This document shows, piece after piece, positions 39,831 to 46,866 of a stretch of DNA of 46,866 nt; position 1 is the first letter of the stretch; every line of letters begins with the position of its first letter. The notes beneath the pieces were generated by a model, which was given only the letters and a program-made list of their open reading frames with translations, did no database searches and had not been told where the DNA came from. A program made the translations under genes and the position numbers. This DNA comes from Chloroflexota bacterium (GTDB taxonomy: Bacteria; Chloroflexota; Dehalococcoidia; Lucifugimonadales; JADFKI01), in NCBI GenBank assembly GCA_027623195.1, contig JAQBUT010000024.1, positions 1-46,866 on the forward strand. Direction: 5' to 3'.

Positions 39831-42804
39831 TTATGACTTCGTTACTTTGCCGCCATGGATGGAAGGTTCTAGCGCTAGTTTCTGTCGCAGCAGCCAAAGA
39901 GGACCGCCGTCCTCGGTCAGATCTTCCGGAGCGCCTAGCACTTCCACAAGGAAACGCCTATCGATCTCATGGCGGTTTGCGTCCCGATCGATTTCGTTGA
40001 TCGGCTTTAGCTCGCGGTGCTTCATGTCCTCGAATATGGCGACCGCGGATGACTTCGCTCTCTCGGAGAGCTTGGACACATTCAATACGGGCAGTCGTCT
40101 CAGGGCGGAAACGCCGATGCCTCCACGACCAGCCTGTTGCTTGTTCGCGTGCCACCAGTGAAGCAACAAACCGAGCGTTGAATTCGCCCACAGCGTTAAC
40201 ACCTTCTCGTCGTCAGAGCTATGCATCTTTATTGATGGCCAGGCGCGACCACCAATCGTGCTTCTGGACGTGAACTGCATTGCAGTGGATTGGCTGTTGA
40301 ATCGAAAATCTGTGTTGAAATGACAGTTTGATGCAGAAGCCCAGACTCTTCCGGCCTTATCCATCACAGACTTATCCTCCGCAGGATCATCGGCTTTGCG
40401 TATTATTCCTTCGCTATCCGCTTCGAACTGCATGGCAGGCTCCCGGTTGGCTTGGTGAGCCCACATTACGGGATACGTCGGTGCTGTGGCGGTTTTCAAA
40501 CGTTCAATTTGGAATGGTCCTCGGATACCCCCAGTATTCGTATTCCCGCTGATGTCCAAGTGATATGGTCCTACCTGGGCGATGCCCTCCACATCTGCTA
40601 TTGCCAGCTGAATTGCATCGGATATTGCCATGCCAGGCAGCCATACGATTCCCTTAGACGTCAACTGGTAGGCTACCTGTCCCAAAGAAACATCCTTCAT
40701 CCTAACTAGATTCCACGGCCCTGAATCAGGTATCGGCGCATCCACGGCGTGTCCAATGACATCGTCGCCGAATCGAATTGAAGTTCCTCCTACTGGCCCG
40801 TCCTCCAGCTTTCTCAGTTTCATGGAAATCGACTCGTGGATTTGATCGGCAATAGAAGAGCCTACGATCTGAGACCGCGGTCGTTCATCTAACACAACGA
40901 ATGTCGCCCGATCGCTGTCGCTCGACACTTTACGAGCTACCACCAAGCACTCTCCCATACCCGTATCGGCGGAGAAGGAAAGCTCGTCGTCGCGTGCACC
41001 TGCTATTGACACGAATACAACATCACAATACGACTTTCGTAGCAACTGTCTAGACGCTTCCCATGCATCACCAATGGCCAGACTTAGAGGCATCACTAAA
41101 GCCAATGTTCCACCGTCTCTTAGCTTACGATCTGCCAAGACCAGGAACCCGCTGGCTTCACCCGCATTTCCGTGGGCGCTTGTTCCCTTGAGCAGAGCAT
41201 TAGCGGCCTTCGCCATCTCTCGTTGGCGCTCAGCAGTGGAGCCGAAAGCAGCGAACATCGGATTTGGAAAGTCGATTCTTCCGCCGGGACGGCCCGTGGT
41301 GTCCCTCGTGAACGGCGGATTCATAATCACCACGTCGAAAGAAGCGTGGGGAAGTTTTGCCCAGAGCTCCTGTTCCCTTTCGCCCATCCCCTCCATCGCA
41401 GTCGCGGTAATGTGGAGCATATCGAAAGCAGTCTGAGCATCCAGCAAGTCCAGCGAGCCTAGGGCTACTCCAACATCAGGACGACGGCCATACGGTACGG
41501 TAAGCACGGAGCTTCTGTCATATTTGATTCTGGGATGAGCGCCAGCCAACATGGAAGCAGTCAAATGGGCCGCTGCAGGCAATACGTCGCATCCTGTGAG
41601 CGCGCTGGCCATCATCGCGGGATGCAGTGTCTCGGAGTCGCCACCGGCCGCTTCATGAAGCTGCCCAATCCGCTTGTAAGCCGTTGAAAGCAAGGTGCCC
41701 GTCCCACAGGCGAAGTCGGCCACCCGGATTCGCGAAAGCTCCACAGGGTCCGACCATGGACCTCCGGCCGGAGTCTCGTCAGGACGAATTGCCAGCCCGA
41801 CTAACAGGGCTGCCGAGGACGGCATCGTATAGAAAGCCGCGAGAAACTTACGGTCTGCAATGAGCCGCTGAAATACTTCCCCATTCAGATCATGCGACCG
41901 CATGAGATTGCTTTCGGTGAGGCTCAGTGCAGTGTACACCAGGCGCTCCATCAGGGGGCCAACCCGATCAGAGGGTATGACCTGCAATATCCGTCTAGCT
42001 ATGTCGAAGATTGGCCAGTAGTTTACCTCCAATATCTTGCGCCATTCATGGAGCACATCCGACTTGCGCAACCCTCCGGCCATGCCCTTGAGCTCGTCGA
42101 GGGTCCGAACATTGGCAAGTTCGCCTGGCCCCCTGGCAAGGCTTTCATGGAAAACGAGCGCATTGGCTAGAATGGCCATCGCCATCCTTCGGGTCTGGTC
42201 CCCGTCCTGCTGCTTTAGTGCCTCAGAAATACTCTCCGCAGCGCCAGGATGTGCGTTGGCTATCCCAGTCAAGAGAGTTGCGGCATCGCTCACGCCGTCG
42301 GCCAGTTGCTCCGAAGCCTGTTCAACAACGATTGGTGGAACGGACGCCGACTGCACGAAAATAGACAGATCAACTACATCTCCGCGAATCCAACCGGACT
42401 GTGGCCACCTGACGTAATCCCCCGGGTTCCCCCCCGGTGTAAAGGGCCATTTCGAGATCCGAAGCGCCAGAAATTTGTCCCTGAAGGCTGGCGCCAGAAT
42501 AGTCCCGGAACCGCACAGGCATTCGGACGGCCAGCGACGATAGGATCGCAGCTCCGGAGGTAGAAAGACGCTCCCCCAGGCGGGATAGCGCATCTTGCTC
42601 CACTGTGAGCGCCGGCATTACCTCTGTTTCCACTACAACCGGAGAAACGCCTGGCTCGACAACCAATACGTCGGGCCGTTTGCTGTTTCCTCGCGGGGCA
42701 CCCAATTTCTCCGACTCTACGACCCCGTTCGGTCTCCATAAGCTACGTGTTCCCTTTAGAACCTCGGCCAAGGCATCATTGATCGTGTGTTCGGTTGTGG
42801 TCAT
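39831..42804 (-). pseudogene. Type IIG-like restriction-modification fusion (PD-ExE nuclease + N6-adenine MTase + TRD), frameshifted at poly-G tract
   Basis: 5' frame from ATG 42804 has RPDVLV...VVVETE. The 3' frame has FYT, ADFACGTGTLL (motif I), GCDV and VIMNPPF (motif IV). The frames join by removing one G from G7 (42429-42435) or G5 (42419-42423). Confidence 0.75.
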
Positions 42805-43034
42805 ATCCGTACCTAGTCGCCCAGTAATATCGCATGTCAAAAGGAAAGATAGCTGAAGCTTCCATACAACCCATGCAACCTTAATATACCATAGGCTTTT
42901 TCTCATTTCGTCGATTCCAGATAGGCCCCAGCGGTGATACCGCTATCATGCGGCAAGCAAGAGACGGTCGCGTAGTATCCGCCACCCGCATCCGTTAAAA
43001 TAGGCAAACGCCAGCCTGAACCCATCTGAGAAGC

Positions 43035-45608
43035 ATGACAACGCCTGCCCGCAAACAGTACCTGGACATCAAAAAGGAGCATCAGGACGAGATTCTGATG
43101 TTTCGCATGGGGGACTTTTACGAGACCTTCGATGACGACGCGCGGGTGATTTCCAGGGAGCTGGAGATCACGCTGACGTCGCGCAGCGCCGGGCAGGGCG
43201 AGGAGCGCATACCGCTGGCGGGCATCCCCTACCACTCGCTGGAGCCGTACCTGGCCCGGCTCATCAAGAAGGGCTTCAAGGTGGCCATCTGCGAGCAGAC
43301 CAGCGACCCGGCGGAGTCCAAGGGCATCGTGGATCGAGAGGTGGTCCGGGTGGTCACGCCGGGCACCATCATCGAGGACTCGCTGCTAGACGGGAAGGTC
43401 AATAATTTCCTTGCGGCTGCAATAGTTGACGGGGAAACTGCCGGTCTGGCGTACGTGGACATCACCACTAGCGAGTTCGCGACCTGTCAGCTGCCGCTTT
43501 CGGAGCTAATCGTAGAGCTAGCCCGCCTGTCGCCTTCCGAGCTTCTTGTCCCCGAATCGTCCGAGCCGCCCTTAGTTGAGCAAACAACTACTGTCACAGA
43601 AATCCTGCCTGATGCCTTCCAAGCAGCGTGGGCGCGGGAGTCGCTGTTGGAGCATTTCGGCGTTGCCTCGTTAGAAGGGTTCGGCTGCGAGAGCCTGCCG
43701 CTAGCCGTTCGGGCAGCCGGGGCCGTTGTGGACTACCTTACGCGAACGCAGAAGGGCTCGGTGGCGCAGATCACGACGCTGTCCACCTACTCAACGTCCG
43801 ACCACATGGTGCTGGACCCGCAGACCCGCCGCAACCTGGAGCTGTTCGAGGGCGGACGCTGGGCGGCGGTCAACGCATCGCTGTTCTCCGTTCTGGACAA
43901 GACGAAGACTCCCATGGGGGGACGCCTGCTGCGCCGCTGGGTAGGTCAGCCCCTACTCAACGTCGAAGAGCTAGTCGGGCGACAAGAAGCCGTGTCCTGG
44001 TTCCACCGCAGCGCGCTACGCCGGGAGCGAGTCGTCATGCTGCTGGAGGACGTCTCGGACATCGAGCGGCTCATCAACAAGGTGCGGGGCTTCAGCGCGA
44101 CACCGCGCGACCTGGTGGGTCTGGCCTCTAGCCTGGAAATTGCGCCACGGATTAGGGACTTGCTTACCGAGGACGAAGATGTCGATAAGGTGGAGTGGAT
44201 CGCCCAAAACTTAAAAGACATGCCTGAGGTGGTGGAGCTGGTGCGCAGGGCCATCAACGACGACCCGCCGCCCTCGGTAGGCGATGGCAAGGTGATTCGC
44301 GAGGGCTTCTCGCCGGACCTGGACGAGGTTCGTGGCGCGTCCCGCAACGCCCAGGGCTTCATCGCCGAGATGGAGCGCAAGGAGCGGGAGCGCACGGGCA
44401 TCAAGTCGCTAAAAGTAGGCTACAACAGGGTCTTCGGCTACTACATCGAGATCAGCAAGGCCAACGTGGACCAGGCCCCCGCAGACTACATACGTAGGCA
44501 GACGCTGGTGGGCGGCGAGCGCTTCATCACGCCGGAGATGAAGGAGTACGAGTCGCTGATCCTTAACGCGCAGGACCGCATCAGCGAACTGGAAAGCGCC
44601 TTGTTCAGGCAGGTATGCTCCCAAGTTGCTGCCGCTGCGGCGCAGGTCCTGGAGACGGCCCGGGCCATTGCCCTGGTGGACGCCTTCGCATCGCTGGCGG
44701 AGGTCGCCTCGCAACAGGGTTACGTTTGCCCCGAGCTAAATAGCGGCGATGCGATAGCTATTAAGGGGGGCCGTCACCCTGTGGTGGAGCGCATGCTGCA
44801 GTCCGGCGAGTTCGTGCCTAATGATACCGATATGTCGGCCAGCGAAACGCAGCTAATCATGCTCACGGGCCCCAACATGGCGGGTAAGTCCACATATATC
44901 CGGCAGGTGGCCGTCATAGTGCTCATGGCGCAGATTGGCAGCTACGTCCCGGCGGACTCGGCGGCCATAGGCGTGGTGGACCGCATATTCACCCGTGTTG
45001 GCCTACAGGACGACCTGGCCATGGGCCAGTCCACGTTCATGGTAGAGATGGTGGAGACTGCCGCCATTCTGAATCACGCCACGCCGCGCTCGTTGATAAT
45101 CCTGGACGAGATTGGCCGGGGCACCAGCACGTACGACGGCCTGGCCATCGCGCGGGCGGTGGCGGAACACATCCACAACCATCCGAGGCTGGGCTGCAAG
45201 ACGCTGTTCGCCACGCACTACCACGAGCTGACGCAATTGGCAGAGACGTTGCCGAGGGTGCGCAATTACAACATTGCGGTATCCGAAGACAACGGGCATG
45301 TCGTTTTCCTGCGACGCATAATCCCTGGCGGCGCCGACAAGAGCTATGGTATTCACGTGGCTCGACTGGCGGGTATTCCTGGCAGCGTGGTTAATCGGGC
45401 GTGGGAGTACTTGAGTTTTTTGGAGGATGGAGCTGGGGGTGTTTCAAAGAGCAAAGGGGAACCGCATCAGCAGTTGCCCTTAATGCAGATGGCCCCCGCG
45501 GTGATCGAAGATCTACTGGGTGTAGATGTGTCTTCGATTACGCCGCTGGAGGCCATCAATAGACTTTACGAATTGCAGGAAAAGGCCAGGGCCGATTCCC
45601 AACTTTAG
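43035..45608 (+). CDS. mutS: DNA mismatch repair protein MutS
   Basis: FRMGDFYE, AGIPYH, REVVRVVTPGT, GRHPVVE, TGPNMAGKST, STFMVEM, DEIGRGTS, FATHYHEL, SYGIHVA.LAG. Confidence 0.98.
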   Translation: MTTPARKQYLDIKKEHQDEILMFRMGDFYETFDDDARVISRELEITLTSRSAGQGEERIPLAGIPYHSLEPYLARLIKKGFKVAICEQTSDPAESKGIVDREVVRVVTPGTIIEDSLLDGKVNNFLAAAIVDGETAGLAYVDITTSEFATCQLPLSELIVELARLSPSELLVPESSEPPLVEQTTTVTEILPDAFQAAWARESLLEHFGVASLEGFGCESLPLAVRAAGAVVDYLTRTQKGSVAQITTLSTYSTSDHMVLDPQTRRNLELFEGGRWAAVNASLFSVLDKTKTPMGGRLLRRWVGQPLLNVEELVGRQEAVSWFHRSALRRERVVMLLEDVSDIERLINKVRGFSATPRDLVGLASSLEIAPRIRDLLTEDEDVDKVEWIAQNLKDMPEVVELVRRAINDDPPPSVGDGKVIREGFSPDLDEVRGASRNAQGFIAEMERKERERTGIKSLKVGYNRVFGYYIEISKANVDQAPADYIRRQTLVGGERFITPEMKEYESLILNAQDRISELESALFRQVCSQVAAAAAQVLETARAIALVDAFASLAEVASQQGYVCPELNSGDAIAIKGGRHPVVERMLQSGEFVPNDTDMSASETQLIMLTGPNMAGKSTYIRQVAVIVLMAQIGSYVPADSAAIGVVDRIFTRVGLQDDLAMGQSTFMVEMVETAAILNHATPRSLIILDEIGRGTSTYDGLAIARAVAEHIHNHPRLGCKTLFATHYHELTQLAETLPRVRNYNIAVSEDNGHVVFLRRIIPGGADKSYGIHVARLAGIPGSVVNRAWEYLSFLEDGAGGVSKSKGEPHQQLPLMQMAPAVIEDLLGVDVSSITPLEAINRLYELQEKARADSQL

Positions 45609-45614
45609 GTATTA

Positions 45615-45782
45615 CTAGGCCGTCTTTTCTTCCAACTCCACGTTGAAGAGGCCTTCCTGTTCTTCCTTCATCGTCGGGTAGCTGACATACCCGCAGGCAA
45701 GGCAAAGGATGTAATAACCGTAGAGGTCCTCCTCCATTGTTCGGTCTCCCAAACACCTGGGACATGATTTAAAGAGCACCAT
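45615..45782 (-). CDS. Small Zn-ribbon protein (55 aa)
   Basis: SD AGGAG before ATG 45782; KSCPRCLGD...DLYG...CLACGY; acidic tail. Confidence 0.75.
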   Translation of the reverse strand: MVLFKSCPRCLGDRTMEEDLYGYYILCLACGYVSYPTMKEEQEGLFNVELEEKTA

Positions 45783-45900
45783 GTTAACTCCTGATACAGC
45801 TCCCATGTCGTAGCTTTCGCACTAGGCGGGCTAGCGACGGGAGACAATTAGACGGTCTGCCTACGGGAAACACCCGCGACATCCGTGTTGTTTATCCAAA

Positions 45901-45937
45901 TGGGGTGCGCCCTCACCAATGGCAAAGACGCACCCCA
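45901..45937. repeat. Inverted repeat (hairpin) downstream of coiled-coil gene
   Basis: TGGGGTGCG ... CGCACCCCA 9-bp perfect arms; followed by TTT on the minus strand. Confidence 0.45.
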
Positions 45938-45964
45938 CCGAATTAAGTTCTCAGGTTTTGTTGC

Positions 45965-46864
45965 TTACCTGCGGGCGGTCGAGCGGCTGGCGGGCTTGCT
46001 AGGGCTCTTCTTCGCCACAGACGCAGACGCCTTTGGTCGGCTTGACGCAGATACCTTAGGCCGACTGGACGCAGATGCCTTGGGCCGGCTGGAAGCTGCG
46101 GCCTTAGGTCGTCGGCTGGCGGCCGCCTTAGGTCGGCTGCTGCTAGCAGACTGCTGAACGGGGGCCACTGGCGTCTGATCGCCGGCGTACACCTCATCGG
46201 GATGCCTGCCCCAGTAGTTCTGCAATCCTGTCTTGCTGCCAAGATGATCAACAACCTGTTCTGCCGGTGCGTTAAGCAACCAGCGGGACGTAGCCTTGAT
46301 CTTTGATATATTGGACAGAATCTTCTGGGTCTCGACTTCCTCGTCGGCCAGGGATCGCATACTCTCGACGCGACCCAACACGCCCTTTATCTCTTTCAAT
46401 GCGTGACGGCGAAGCTCGGTGGACTCGCGCTTGGCGATGTCATGGGAGCCTTCGATGATCGACTGAGCCTTCTTCTGGGCCTCGGCGATAATCTGGAGAC
46501 GCTCGGTATCCGCCTGGTCTCGGCGCTCCTTGGCCTTTCGAAGCTCTTCCTCGGCATACTGCCGATTCTTTTCAGCTTCCATCTTGGCCTTCTTGGTCTC
46601 CTGAAGCTCCAGCTCAGCTTCGGTACGCATTCGAGCGCACAGTAGCTGCGTGGTCCGAATAGCTTCCATCTGCGCCTGCTCTCGGGCCGACTCGGCCTGA
46701 GCTCTGCGCGACTTGGCATCCGTCAGATCGCTGTCACCAAAGGACTTGTACACCATCAGCTGACGCCACAGAGCATCTACCTTGTCCTGCTCTGTATCGT
46801 CATCCAGGCGTATGGACTGCAACACCTCAAGGTTATCCTTGAAGTTAACCTGTTCCTCGGGCAT
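45965..46864 (-). CDS. Coiled-coil protein (DivIVA-like repeat signature) with basic low-complexity tail; possibly 5'-truncated by window end
   Basis: Long E/K/R/A/Q-rich helix (IIAEAQKKAQSII) and a C-terminal S/R/K/A/P repeat tail. Confidence 0.75.
   Translation of the reverse strand: MPEEQVNFKDNLEVLQSIRLDDDTEQDKVDALWRQLMVYKSFGDSDLTDAKSRRAQAESAREQAQMEAIRTTQLLCARMRTEAELELQETKKAKMEAEKNRQYAEEELRKAKERRDQADTERLQIIAEAQKKAQSIIEGSHDIAKRESTELRRHALKEIKGVLGRVESMRSLADEEVETQKILSNISKIKATSRWLLNAPAEQVVDHLGSKTGLQNYWGRHPDEVYAGDQTPVAPVQQSASSSRPKAAASRRPKAAASSRPKASASSRPKVSASSRPKASASVAKKSPSKPASRSTARR
46022..46141 (-). repeat. Five 24-nt tandem coding repeats (S-S/R-R-P-K-A/V-A/S-A)
   Basis: SSRPKAAA SRRPKAAA SSRPKASA SSRPKVSA SSRPKASA with synonymous divergence. 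Confidence 0.85.
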
Positions 46865-46866
46865 AA

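Noticed and set aside
42430..42593. N-terminal extension of the 920-aa ORF as a genuine start
   Set aside because: It overlaps the nuclease-motif frame and reads as nonsense until the poly-G tract; better explained by a frameshift.
46022..46141. Tandem repeats as possible CRISPR array
   Set aside because: No spacers; in-frame 24-nt coding repeats with synonymous variation; no cas genes.

Overview
Gene-dense bacterial chromosomal window. It is most likely from a Chloroflexota/Dehalococcoidia (SAR202-like) organism; this is inferred from an LLM-class oxidoreductase, Chlor_Arch_YYY/TIGR03663-type membrane proteins and a stand-alone NuoEFG-like module. Left to right it contains: a receiver/receiver-Zn-finger/hybrid-kinase signalling cluster, a lipoprotein alpha/beta hydrolase, a 2-hydroxyacid dehydrogenase, an orphan CheW-globin fusion with a divergent 64-aa small gene, an MDR/PIG-L/LLM operon, USP-CBS, a DUF4399 lipoprotein with a NarX/NarL-type two-component system, an amidohydrolase, FIST, SDR-mug-thpR, a Zn-ribbon protein, a sortase, LysR with a divergent 60-aa gene and a structured 3' region, ftsY, a four-gene archaeal-like GT-C glycosylation locus, an MntA/HepT pair whose toxin has a nonsense codon, NuoE/NuoF/NuoG(FdhF)-like genes, a candidate sRNA, a ferredoxin-NADP reductase, a Type IIG-like restriction-modification gene frameshifted at a poly-G tract, mutS, a small Zn-ribbon gene and a coiled-coil protein with a basic repeat tail. 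I recognised no tRNA, rRNA, CRISPR array or transposase. The best leads are the CheW-globin locus, the homopolymer-frameshifted RM gene, the two possibly related candidate RNAs (24.3 kb and 38.9 kb) and the GT-C locus together with the sortase. All family assignments come from reading motifs by eye; no database search was run.
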